Shown here piece after piece: positions 46,675-56,208 of a stretch of 64,000 nucleotides of DNA. The stretch comes from an uncultured Blastocatellia bacterium (GTDB lineage: Bacteria; Acidobacteriota; Blastocatellia; Chloracidobacteriales; Chloracidobacteriaceae). Positions within the stretch are counted from its first letter, which is position 1; every line of letters begins with the position of its first letter. The stretch spans positions 61,062-125,061 of the forward strand of contig CALGZC010000015.1 in the NCBI GenBank assembly GCA_937934745.1, read 5' to 3'. The notes beneath the pieces are model-generated. The model made no database searches, was not told where the DNA came from, and saw nothing but the letters and a program-made list of their open reading frames with translations. The position numbers and the translations under genes were made by a program.

Positions 46675-49662
46675 ATGAAACGCGCACGGGTACGTCACGG
46701 CGTCGGCGCAGCGCTTGCAGAGGAGCATTCACCGCTGGTGCACCTCGTGGACGACGATTATTTCCTGCGCCGCATGATGGTCAAGCTTCTGGAACATGAG
46801 GGACTGCGCGTTGTCGATCACGAGGACGGCCGTCGGGCGCTGGAGGCTGCCCCAACAATGCAGCCGGATTTGGTGTTGCTCGACATCAGTATGCCCGGTA
46901 TGGACGGCATCAGCCTATGCAGCCATTTACGGCAGCTTGAAGCCTATCGGTACGTGCCGATTGTGATGCTGACCGGGATCACGGATGACGAGGCGGTGGC
47001 GTCCGCGTTTGCTGCCGGTGCAACCGACTACCTCCCTAAGCCAACACCGCCGGTTGTACTCAAGCATAAAGTGCAGCATTTCATCCAGTCCTACCGTGCC
47101 GAGCAGCAACGACGTATCGCCGAAGAACGGTTGCATTCGGTCATACAGTATGCCAGCGATGCCATTCTGTTGCTGGATAGCACCTGGCATATTATCGAGT
47201 TGAATCCGATTGCAGAAACTCGCTTTGGTCTCGCAGTTGGACAACAGATTGAGGAACTGCTGGATGTCGGGCGTCTGCTGAGCGTGGTGTTACCGCACCT
47301 GACCCAGACCGGGCGCACTGTTGAGGCGTCCCTTAGAACCCCCCAGGGCAAGCAATTGGCGGTTGAGCTAACCGGCAGTGCCTTCCAAGGAGGCGCACAG
47401 TGGTACTACACCCTGCTGTTGCGCGATATTAGCGAGCGCAAGCAAGCGGAACTTGCCCTACGAACTTCCAATCAGCTTTTGACTTCGGTTCTGGACGCCG
47501 TTGCGGAAGAGATTGCGTTACTCGATGCAAACGGCACCGTTCTGATGGTCAATGAGGCCTGGCGCAAATTTGCCGCAGCTAACGGTATGCCGGCGACTCA
47601 GGCAGGTGGCGTTGGTCTCAATTATCTGCGGCTGTGCGAGCAGGCCGACCCAGAACAATATCCAGAAGCGCAAGCAATTGGTGCAGCGATCCGTGCGGTC
47701 ATCGCAGGACAAAGGCAGCAGTTCAGTATCGAGTATCCCTGTCATGCGCCTGACGAGCGACATTGGTTTGTTGCCCAGGTAACGGCCGTCAACGGGATGT
47801 CACCGGCGCGCGTCCTGGTCAGTCACCGCAACGTGACAGCACAGCATGTGCTCGAAGAGACGCTGGCAACGGCAAACGAGCCCTTTGCGCTGGAATCCGT
47901 TCTCGACATACTGCCCTATGGTGTCGCGCTGCTCAGCCGCCGTGGACGCATCAAAATCACCAATAAACATTTGCTGAACCTGCTCGATGAATCGTCCCTG
48001 GAGAAACGTGGCCGCTGCGGCAAACGCTATCTGAGCCGCCTGGGGTGGCAGCAGTTCAAGCAGGCTTTCCGTGCAAGCCTGACTAACCGGCACGCACCCG
48101 ACCAGCCGCCGGGGGTCGTCCTGCGACAGAAAGTGATGTTGTGCAAACGAGACGGCTGTTTTCTCCCGGCCCTGCTGTCGCTTTTCCCTCTTGAGTCAGA
48201 CCGGGGATGGCTGGCGCTGGTCGAGGACCTTTCGCAGCAGCAGGCCTTTGATGAAATCTTGCGCCGTCATGATGAAGAGTGGGTAGCCACGGTGGATGCC
48301 CTGCCCGATCTCGTGCTGTTAGAGGGCACGGACGGTAAGGTTCGGCGCTGCAATCGCGCCGTGGCCAACTTTCTCAAGCGGCCCTTCCCGGCCATTATTG
48401 GGCAGTTTTCGTCCCGGTTGTTCTTTGGGCACGGCGAAGGTTCGCTGCTGAGCCTGATCCAAAACGCTACCGAATTTCAGTTCCCTAACGATCACCGTTG
48501 GTTTCGAATTCGAAGCTACTGGATTGCGCAGGAACGCGGCATCGGCACAGGTTGGGTTCACATCCTGAGTGACATTACCACGAGCCGGCGCGTTGAGCAG
48601 GACATCCACCGGCTGGTGGCAGCGATTGAACAGGTCGGCGAAGGGGTCGTGACGCTTGACCGCCGTGGCCGGGTGGAATTTTGCAATCCGGCCTTTGAAC
48701 AAATAACCGGTTTGCGAAGTTGGGAGGCGATTGGACGGCCTGTCACCCGCCTCGGCATCGGCCCGGTTGACGCGGCCGTCCGCCGGGAAATCATCGCCTG
48801 CCTGGCGCAGGGGAAAGGTTGGCAGGGACACTACGTCGCACGCCGCCGTGACGGCACAACCTATCGGGAACAGGCCACGGTGTCGCCCGTCCGCGATGCA
48901 CACGGCGTCCTGCAGAATGTCGTCGTCGTCTTCCGCGACATCACGGAGCAGTTGCGGTACGAAGCGATTGCCGAAGCCGTCAATGTGACGGAAAACGCGG
49001 GCTACATTTTTTCGGCCATTCGCCACGAGATGGGTAACCCGATTAACTCGATCAAAACAGCGCTGACCGTGCTGCGGCAGACCGAGCAGCCATTGCCGGA
49101 GACGGTGCAGGCGTACCTTGATCGGTGTCTTTCAGAAATTGGACGTGTTGAGTATTTGCTGCGCACCTTGCGGTCCTTTAGCCTGAATGAAACCCCTGAA
49201 CTTAAGGTGCAGCCCCTCGCTCCTTTTCTGGAGCGTTTCTGCAAGCTTGTTCAGGACGGACTTGCTGGCCAGCAGATAACGCTGCGGCTCATTCTGGAAC
49301 CAGACATCGGGTTGGCTCGCTTTGACGAGCGGGCGCTGCATCAGGTGCTGATGAATTTGGTCTCCAACGCCGTTGATGCCATGGCCGGTACTTCGGGGAC
49401 GGACCTCACCATCATTGCCAAGCGGTATCGGCATTTGGTCGTGATTGTCGTTCGTGACCGTGGATGTGGGCTGAATCCTGAGCAGACGAATCATCTCTTC
49501 AAGCCTTTTTACACCTCTAAGCCGCACGGCACAGGTTTAGGGCTGGTGATTACTCAGAAACTGCTCTCGAAAATGAATGGGACGGTGGAGTTGCATCCGT
49601 TGGCCGAGGGAGGTTGTGAGGCCGTTGTTACGCTTGAGTCTGGCGAGGCTAATGAACTATGA
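46675..49662 (+). CDS. REC / multi-PAS sensor histidine kinase
   Basis: REC (VDDD, LLDISMP, PKP); several PAS/PAC repeats; H-box RHEMGNP, N-box NLVSNA, DRGCG, PFYTSK and GTGLGL all intact. Confidence 0.93.
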   Translation: MKRARVRHGVGAALAEEHSPLVHLVDDDYFLRRMMVKLLEHEGLRVVDHEDGRRALEAAPTMQPDLVLLDISMPGMDGISLCSHLRQLEAYRYVPIVMLTGITDDEAVASAFAAGATDYLPKPTPPVVLKHKVQHFIQSYRAEQQRRIAEERLHSVIQYASDAILLLDSTWHIIELNPIAETRFGLAVGQQIEELLDVGRLLSVVLPHLTQTGRTVEASLRTPQGKQLAVELTGSAFQGGAQWYYTLLLRDISERKQAELALRTSNQLLTSVLDAVAEEIALLDANGTVLMVNEAWRKFAAANGMPATQAGGVGLNYLRLCEQADPEQYPEAQAIGAAIRAVIAGQRQQFSIEYPCHAPDERHWFVAQVTAVNGMSPARVLVSHRNVTAQHVLEETLATANEPFALESVLDILPYGVALLSRRGRIKITNKHLLNLLDESSLEKRGRCGKRYLSRLGWQQFKQAFRASLTNRHAPDQPPGVVLRQKVMLCKRDGCFLPALLSLFPLESDRGWLALVEDLSQQQAFDEILRRHDEEWVATVDALPDLVLLEGTDGKVRRCNRAVANFLKRPFPAIIGQFSSRLFFGHGEGSLLSLIQNATEFQFPNDHRWFRIRSYWIAQERGIGTGWVHILSDITTSRRVEQDIHRLVAAIEQVGEGVVTLDRRGRVEFCNPAFEQITGLRSWEAIGRPVTRLGIGPVDAAVRREIIACLAQGKGWQGHYVARRRDGTTYREQATVSPVRDAHGVLQNVVVVFRDITEQLRYEAIAEAVNVTENAGYIFSAIRHEMGNPINSIKTALTVLRQTEQPLPETVQAYLDRCLSEIGRVEYLLRTLRSFSLNETPELKVQPLAPFLERFCKLVQDGLAGQQITLRLILEPDIGLARFDERALHQVLMNLVSNAVDAMAGTSGTDLTIIAKRYRHLVVIVVRDRGCGLNPEQTNHLFKPFYTSKPHGTGLGLVITQKLLSKMNGTVELHPLAEGGCEAVVTLESGEANEL

Positions 49663-49809
49663 CACCGTAGTCGCTGCTTTCACCTTCTGAAGCGCCTTGT
49701 CGAGGAGATCGCTGTTCGGGATGGCCCCGGTGGTCGGGTCCGGCTTCGGCCCTCCCTTCAGGCGCAGCAGTATCGTCCGGTGCCTGACTGCCGTGTGCGC
49801 GGACAACGC

Positions 49810-52284
49810 TTAGAACTCAAGACACACAACCGTTATTTCGACGCTCGGCAGCTTGGCCGGCCGGCCAAAGAGCTGCTGTGCTTGTTCACCGCCCTGGCAC
49901 ACGATGGCACTCGGCAAATTTGTTGCGGGAAGCGCCCAAAAACTGGCTACTAGCTTCTCGTTATGTCGCACCAACTCCTCTGCGTCGGGTGCCAAACCGA
50001 ACAGCTCACCGAGCCAGTCGCTCATCAGCACGAGGTAGCTCCCACTGGCAAGTTGAAAAGTATCGCCGCGAAAACGGAGGCTGGTCGCGCTGTGTAGCGG
50101 TGGGTTGATCACAGCCGGTCGGCTGACCGGATGGCGAATCCCATCCTTTCCCGGCGCTAACACCGCTGGCGGCACATAACCGGCATTGCAATAGGTGAAG
50201 ACACGGTTGTGCACATCGGCAATGCCGTACAGTAGTCGTATCTGCGCATCCAGACTCTGCAAGCGTGGCGATAAGAATTCGCTGAGACGCGCAACGACTT
50301 GCACCGGACAGCTTGGAGAGCGCACTGCCTTGGACTTGAGTGCTGTAAGCGTTGCCGCCATGAGCAAAGAGGCTTCGAGTCCTTCTCCACTGACTTCCCC
50401 GATGGCCAATCCGATGTGGCGCTCGGTAAGGGGTAAGATCGCGAACCACTCCCGTCCTTGCTCCGGCAAATGTGCATACTCGGCCACAACCCGCCACTTT
50501 TCATCCCGGAAGCCGGACGGTGGAAGGAGATTGCTGTGAATCAGCCACCGCACATCCAGGTCTTCCCGCCACCGTTCCCGCCGCAGCCGGTCGCGAACAT
50601 AGGGCGGGGCTAAATCAAACGCTTCAGGGCGTGCCCGAGGCGACCGCCGCTGGCCCCAGACGAACACCATCAGCGGCAGCAGAGCAACACTGCCAACCAG
50701 GAACAGCGGTTCAAAGCCCTGCGGAAAACGCAGCGACCACAGGAGGGGAAAGAGTCCACCGACCAGCGCATAACCGAAAACCACCGCCGTCCAGCCATGG
50801 TTGAACAACGTCCAGAGCAGCCCCCCGAGCAGGAACGTGTAACCAACCAGGGTTGCTCCCGACCCGATGACCAAGGGCAGTCCAACCATCCATGCGCCAA
50901 ACCCGGTCGTCAGCGCTGCGGAAGGGTCTTGGAAACGGTCGCGGGTGAACGCCGCCAGCGGTAACAGGCAAATGGTGACGAACCAGATGTCCACGAAGCA
51001 ACTGCCGATTATCTGCCAGCCTGGCCAATGCCCAACGGCTAGCTCGCGCGACCAGGAGGAAAAGCTATGCCATGGCAGGGTCGGTCGTCCGCACCACCAC
51101 GCAACCACGGTTTCAACGACCAACACCCACAGCGCCCAGGCCAGTCCCCCTCGCCCAAACCGGGCGACCTGACCGGCCGGCAACGATTTCCGGCGGAACA
51201 GGCGATAGACATCGCCTAGGAGCTGTCGCTGCCGTTTCCAATCATAGGACTCGGTCACGGCCAGGGAGATCAAGCCCAGAAGCCAGATACCGAGCGACGC
51301 CAGCCCAGCCGTCGCCAAGAGCAGCAACAGCCAGGATACCCAGTAGGAAGTGTTGGAGAGCCGCAAGAACTCGCTTTCTGTGATCACCGGCTCCCGCCAT
51401 GCCAAAGGCGCTGCGATTGTGAACCCCAGGACCGTACTCAGCCAAACCAGAAAGGGAATCCCAAGGATGCTGGCCACGATGAGTACGGTGAGCGACCCCA
51501 TCAGGCCGCGGAAGATACCCCGCACAAACACCACCGACCATGGAAGCCACAGCACCAATGCGAGGGCGAGGGCGAGAGGTAATCCACCGTTGTCCTTGTC
51601 TTCGAAGGAATCCGGCGGTGACTGCGGTATCAGCCTGAGCGATTGCAGGGCCGTTCCTTCAACAGCCACCTCGACAAAAGGCCAGTATGGATCGGTCGTT
51701 TTCCAGCGGCGAATGATCTCCCGGACATGCCCTGGAAAGGGACTCTCACGGACGGCAGGTGGCAGCTCAACCGTCGGCGGCGGTGCAATGCCAGCTTCTC
51801 TGAGGAGGAACGCCCGCCAGGCTTCGGCCATCGCGCTTGCCGTTGCCGAATTGTGTCGCGGATTGTGTGCCGGTGCGGTCTCTGCTACCGGCGTCCGCCG
51901 ATACACTGCAAAGGCACGAAAGCGCCCCTCTCTCGTCAGCGTCAGCCGGTAGAGATGGCTGGCATCCGGCGCTAGAAAGGCTATTTCCCAGTGCCCCTGA
52001 TCGACGGGGTGCGGGTGGTAGTAGCGGCGAAGCACTTTGTACATTGCCAGGGGTGGGTTGGCAATGTCTGGTGGACGTAACTGCTCGAGAAGCTGCTCTG
52101 CGCGCCCGGCTACATCGGTCAACGGAATCGGCGGTGAATACACACGACCGCTGCACAGCGCCAGAAGAATGCAGGACAGCAAGGGCAACCAGCCTGTCCA
52201 CACCGGATAACGCTTCCAGGCTGCCACCAGGTGCCCTGTTGCTAGCCGCCAACTGCCCTGCTGTATGAGCCGCAGAGCCGTCAT
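49810..52284 (-). CDS. multi-TM membrane protein with degenerate PP2C/SpoIIE-like domain
   Basis: many TM helices; C-terminal GLAIGEVSGEG, YCNAGY, MSDWL and VEITVV align with SpoIIE motifs but with metal ligands altered. Confidence 0.75.
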   Translation of the reverse strand: MTALRLIQQGSWRLATGHLVAAWKRYPVWTGWLPLLSCILLALCSGRVYSPPIPLTDVAGRAEQLLEQLRPPDIANPPLAMYKVLRRYYHPHPVDQGHWEIAFLAPDASHLYRLTLTREGRFRAFAVYRRTPVAETAPAHNPRHNSATASAMAEAWRAFLLREAGIAPPPTVELPPAVRESPFPGHVREIIRRWKTTDPYWPFVEVAVEGTALQSLRLIPQSPPDSFEDKDNGGLPLALALALVLWLPWSVVFVRGIFRGLMGSLTVLIVASILGIPFLVWLSTVLGFTIAAPLAWREPVITESEFLRLSNTSYWVSWLLLLLATAGLASLGIWLLGLISLAVTESYDWKRQRQLLGDVYRLFRRKSLPAGQVARFGRGGLAWALWVLVVETVVAWWCGRPTLPWHSFSSWSRELAVGHWPGWQIIGSCFVDIWFVTICLLPLAAFTRDRFQDPSAALTTGFGAWMVGLPLVIGSGATLVGYTFLLGGLLWTLFNHGWTAVVFGYALVGGLFPLLWSLRFPQGFEPLFLVGSVALLPLMVFVWGQRRSPRARPEAFDLAPPYVRDRLRRERWREDLDVRWLIHSNLLPPSGFRDEKWRVVAEYAHLPEQGREWFAILPLTERHIGLAIGEVSGEGLEASLLMAATLTALKSKAVRSPSCPVQVVARLSEFLSPRLQSLDAQIRLLYGIADVHNRVFTYCNAGYVPPAVLAPGKDGIRHPVSRPAVINPPLHSATSLRFRGDTFQLASGSYLVLMSDWLGELFGLAPDAEELVRHNEKLVASFWALPATNLPSAIVCQGGEQAQQLFGRPAKLPSVEITVVCLEF

Positions 52285-52455
52285 AAAGGGATAGTCCAGA
52301 GAAGATGTTCAGGAAAAAAAGCGCGTAGTCGAGAGTTGTGAGGCTACGCATTACCAAAACAGCACCTTACACAAGTGACGGTGGCGCTTCAACCAAGGAG
52401 CCTCAGACTTTGCTGAGGCTACCGGCAACATCACGGCCGTGTCGGTGGGTAGCGT

Positions 52456-52866
52456 TCACGAGGCGCTGCGTTCGGCAAGCGAAGCCGTTGTCGCGGCCAG
52501 GACAGGCCGCAGTGGGAACAGTATCACCCGCGACCGAGTGGGCGTGGTCGCCGCGTTTGCCGGCGTAAAGCGCGTTGTCACCAATTGTTCCAGTGCCTGG
52601 AGGTCTGCCGGCAGGCTTGGCGTACTGGAGGTTTTCCACAACAGAAGCTGTTGCGCTGTGTCAAACGCTGTGAGGATAGTCGGCAGTCCATCGCGGCCGA
52701 CCGTCAGGGTGTAACGAATACCGTCATCTTCGGCCGTGAACCGCGCAACCGGTGTTGCCGTCGTCTGCCGCCAGCTCAGGTCGCCATGCCGCGTGCGCAA
52801 CACCAACTGCGCGACACCGGCAGCGGCCAGCCGAGCAACTGATACGTACGTGATGTCACCAGCCAT
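52456..52866 (-). CDS. hypothetical protein (136 aa)
   Basis: ATG preceded by AGGAG; fills the gap; no motif recognised. Confidence 0.6.
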   Translation of the reverse strand: MAGDITYVSVARLAAAGVAQLVLRTRHGDLSWRQTTATPVARFTAEDDGIRYTLTVGRDGLPTILTAFDTAQQLLLWKTSSTPSLPADLQALEQLVTTRFTPANAATTPTRSRVILFPLRPVLAATTASLAERSAS

Positions 52867-52903
52867 GCCCTACTCCTAACGAACGACCGTAGTGTGCCAA
52901 CTG

Positions 52904-52963
52904 CGAGCTGACATATACCGAGCTGACATATACTATGCGAGTCCTATGCAAGCTGGCATATAC
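52904..52963. repeat. 15-bp-period direct repeats CGAGCTGACATATAC
   Basis: exact copies at 52904-52918 and 52919-52933; in-phase variant CAAGCTGGCATATAC at 52949-52963. Confidence 0.8.
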
Positions 52964-53005
52964 TAACGAATACGCCATTATTCCCTGTGCGAGAAACGAT
53001 CCACA

Positions 53006-54187
53006 ATGCCTACTTCCGTTATCCTTTCCGCCGTTCGTCTCCCAATCGGGAAGTTTCAGGGGGCGCTCAAAACCTTTACTGCGCCGAGGTTGGGGGCAAA
53101 GGTCATCCGGGCTGCCGTTGAGCGCGCCGGTTTAGATGCCGTCCAGGTTGATGAGGTCATCATGGGATGCGTGTTGCAAGCCGGGCTGGGGCAAAATCCG
53201 GCACGGCAAGCTGCCCTGGAGGCGGGACTCCCACCCGCCGTAGCCGCGCTTACGGTCAACCAAGTGTGTGGTTCGGGGTTGCGTGCCGTCATGCTCGCGG
53301 CGCAAGCTGTCCAGAGCGGCGATGCTGAGTACGTTGTTGCCGGCGGCATGGAATCCATGACCAATGCACCCTATGTGCTTCCCAAAGCGCGCGACGGCTA
53401 CCGGATGGGCCATGGTGAAATCCTCGATGTGATGCTCCACGATGGGTTGTGGTGTGCGTTTGAGAACTGGCACATGGGCTGTACTGCGGAAGTTGTCGCC
53501 GAGCGCTACAACATTTCCCGGGAGGCGCAGGATGCCTTTGCTGCCGGATCGCAGGCCAAGGCTATTGCCGCGCAACAAGCCGGTGCCTTTCGAGCCGAAA
53601 TCGAGCCGGTCCTCATTCCCCAGCGCAAAGGCGAGCCGGTCACCTTTGCCGAGGATGAAGGTCCACGCGCCGACACCACCATTGCGGCGTTATCCAAGCT
53701 TAAGCCGGCTTTTCAACCCGATGGGACGGTGACGGCCGGCAATGCCTCGACCATCAACGATGGTGCGGCAGCGGTGGTAGTTACCTCCGCGAATCAGGCC
53801 GAACGCCTAGGGCGTCAGCCTCTGGCGCGCATTGTTGCCCAGGCTATGAGCGGGATTGAGCCACGGCTCATCATGATGGCCCCGGTGGAGGCAACACGCC
53901 GCGTCTTAGCCAAAGCTGGCTGGCGAGTTGATGATGTAGATTTGTTTGAGTTCAATGAAGCCTTCGCGGCCCAGGCCATTGCCGTCACCCAAGAAGTCGG
54001 GGCCGATCCGGCCAAAGTCAACGTCAACGGCGGCGCCATTGCCCTTGGTCACCCGATTGGAGCCAGCGGCGCGCGCGTTTTAGTTACCCTGCTGCATGCT
54101 CTGCAGGCGCGGCAGGCAAAGCGTGGTGTCGCTGCGCTTTGCCTCGGCGGCGGTAATGCCGTGGCGTTAGCCATCGAGCGTGACTGA
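53006..54187 (+). CDS. acetyl-CoA C-acetyltransferase (thiolase)
   Basis: [20 protein letters not shown] and CLGGG. Confidence 0.96.
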   Translation: MPTSVILSAVRLPIGKFQGALKTFTAPRLGAKVIRAAVERAGLDAVQVDEVIMGCVLQAGLGQNPARQAALEAGLPPAVAALTVNQVCGSGLRAVMLAAQAVQSGDAEYVVAGGMESMTNAPYVLPKARDGYRMGHGEILDVMLHDGLWCAFENWHMGCTAEVVAERYNISREAQDAFAAGSQAKAIAAQQAGAFRAEIEPVLIPQRKGEPVTFAEDEGPRADTTIAALSKLKPAFQPDGTVTAGNASTINDGAAAVVVTSANQAERLGRQPLARIVAQAMSGIEPRLIMMAPVEATRRVLAKAGWRVDDVDLFEFNEAFAAQAIAVTQEVGADPAKVNVNGGAIALGHPIGASGARVLVTLLHALQARQAKRGVAALCLGGGNAVALAIERD

Positions 54188-54260
54188 GCGGATGGTGCAT
54201 TGCTTTTCGCGCAGCGTACAAGGGGGCGTACAAGCGTTAGGAGGTCAGTGAGCACAGACC

Positions 54261-54605
54261 ATGCGAGTGAAGTTACTGGAAATTGCCCATGCCCGGTCAG
54301 GCGACAAAGGTGATACGGCAAACATCGGTCTCATTGCACGCCGGCCTGAATTTTATCCCCTTTTGTGCGAACAGGTGACGGCAGAGCGGGTCAGGGCACA
54401 TTTCGCCGACCTCTGCCGGGGCGAAGTAGAACGGTACGAGTTGCCCAATCTGGAAGCACTCAACTTTCTGCTCCACAAAGCACTCGGCGGCGGTGGTACG
54501 GTGTCGTTGCGCAGCGACGCCCAGGGGAAGACCTACAGCACAGCCTTGTTACGGATGGATATTGATGTACCGGATAGCCTGGCCGCACTGGTCACACGGC
54601 TTTGA
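54261..54605 (+). CDS. AtuA C-terminal-domain-like small protein
   Basis: AHARSGDKGD and LGGGGTVSLRSDAQGK. Confidence 0.75.
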   Translation: MRVKLLEIAHARSGDKGDTANIGLIARRPEFYPLLCEQVTAERVRAHFADLCRGEVERYELPNLEALNFLLHKALGGGGTVSLRSDAQGKTYSTALLRMDIDVPDSLAALVTRL

Positions 54606-54705
54606 AAGCTGTTTAGGCAGGGCAGGCGCGCCCGCCTTACAATTCACAATTCAGTGACGGTTATGTTATGGTCTGATCACACTTTACAAGATTCAAACAG
54701 TGTCC

Positions 54706-56208
54706 ATGAGTCGGTTCACCACACTTGAAGCTTTTGTTGTGGGTGTGGAAGACAGCACCACCCTGCTGAAGCTGTACCTGGAGCGGATTCGGCGTGCGCC
54801 ACACCATCCGGCGTACCATCTAGCGGTTTGTGAGCATACCGACGAGCTGCTGACGGCGGTCCGCCAGTTGCGCCGTGCCGCTGACGATGAACTGTCGCCG
54901 GCGCTCTTGGACGGTGTTGACGCGCTACTGGCGTTAGCCGAAGCCTCGGCGGCACTGGCACTGCGTCTGGCCAGCTTTACGCCGGAGCGCCTGGCAATCA
55001 GTTTGGACGGCTTGGCGCAGGCCACGGCGTGCTTTGTGGACATGGTCCGTTCCTTCAGTGGTGAAACTGCGTCCCCGGATATTTCCCTGGCCCGGCACAT
55101 CACCCAGCGGTTGCGCGGGGTGTTATCGGCGGAACAGCCACCGGTGACGACGCCCTCAACCACCCAAAATATACGCCGGATCACCACAGAAGTGACCTTT
55201 GATGGTCACGAAGACCCCTTCGACGACCTCGCCGTTGATACAGACGATGATTTTCTCGACGACGTGATCGGCAGTTTAGAAGGCGCGTTTGATGCTGCCA
55301 TCCACGGTGCCATGCACGGACCGACAGAACGCGGTGTGCCGGATCAGGTGTGGTCGGAAGGCCAGCTTGAAGCCGATCCGCCGCCGGAAGTTCGGCAGTT
55401 GTTTACCGAAATCGCTGCCGGTTACGTGCAGCCGATCAAAGACTTCATTGCCGAACTTCGCAAGGGTGGTTTTGCCCGCGACTGGTTGGAAGCCTGCCGT
55501 CCGGCGGTTGTCAATCTGCGACGTGCATCCGAAACCATGGCGTTTACCGACCTGAGCGGACGCCTTGAGCGATTGGAATCGGCGCTGTTGCAAGATCATA
55601 TCGAGGGCGATCGGCGGCGGTACGGGCGGCACTGGAAGCTGCGTGTCCTCAGCGCCTACGCAGATTTGGAAGACTACCTGCCGGCGACATTCCTGGTTCC
55701 ACCGGCAGCGGCTTCGTCAGAAAGCATCATTGTGACCACCCTGCTCAAGCAGGTGGAAGGGGTCGGACAGCGAACGATTCAGAAACTCTTTGCTGCTGGA
55801 ATGTCGCGCCTGGAAAGCTACACAACGGGACGCCCGGCCGACATCGCCCTGGCATCCGGCATCAAACGTTCCCTGGCCGAACGTATCTGCGACCGTTTCC
55901 ACGCCTATGTGCGCGCGCGTGAAACGACCGACACGGCCCTTCAGGCGCAGTTTCTGACGCTGGTCGAAGAACTCAAGCAACGCCACTTTGAATTCAAGCG
56001 GGCGACGTTGGAAGAGTGGTATCGCCGTACCGACTCGATGGAGAAAAAACGTTGCCGGAAGGCGCGGCAGCAAGTGATGTGGCGCATCAATATCGCCTTG
56101 GTTGAACTCGAGCAGCTGGATGTGCTGCACGAAATTCGGAATGCTGTGTTTGACAAGCGCATTCGTCGGCTTGAAGAGCTGGCGGCGGCGTTTCCAAGAC
56201 CGGTATGA
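54706..56208 (+). CDS. hypothetical protein: helical N-domain, acidic linker, helix-hairpin-helix, coiled-coil C-terminus
   Basis: HhH LKQVEGVGQRTIQKL and ASGIKRSLAERI; ATG 54706 (or 54700). Confidence 0.8.
   Translation: MSRFTTLEAFVVGVEDSTTLLKLYLERIRRAPHHPAYHLAVCEHTDELLTAVRQLRRAADDELSPALLDGVDALLALAEASAALALRLASFTPERLAISLDGLAQATACFVDMVRSFSGETASPDISLARHITQRLRGVLSAEQPPVTTPSTTQNIRRITTEVTFDGHEDPFDDLAVDTDDDFLDDVIGSLEGAFDAAIHGAMHGPTERGVPDQVWSEGQLEADPPPEVRQLFTEIAAGYVQPIKDFIAELRKGGFARDWLEACRPAVVNLRRASETMAFTDLSGRLERLESALLQDHIEGDRRRYGRHWKLRVLSAYADLEDYLPATFLVPPAAASSESIIVTTLLKQVEGVGQRTIQKLFAAGMSRLESYTTGRPADIALASGIKRSLAERICDRFHAYVRARETTDTALQAQFLTLVEELKQRHFEFKRATLEEWYRRTDSMEKKRCRKARQQVMWRINIALVELEQLDVLHEIRNAVFDKRIRRLEELAAAFPRPV

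Noticed and set aside
52904-52963. Mini-CRISPR interpretation of the 15-bp repeats
   Set aside because: Repeats are adjacent with no unique spacers, too short, and no cas genes are present
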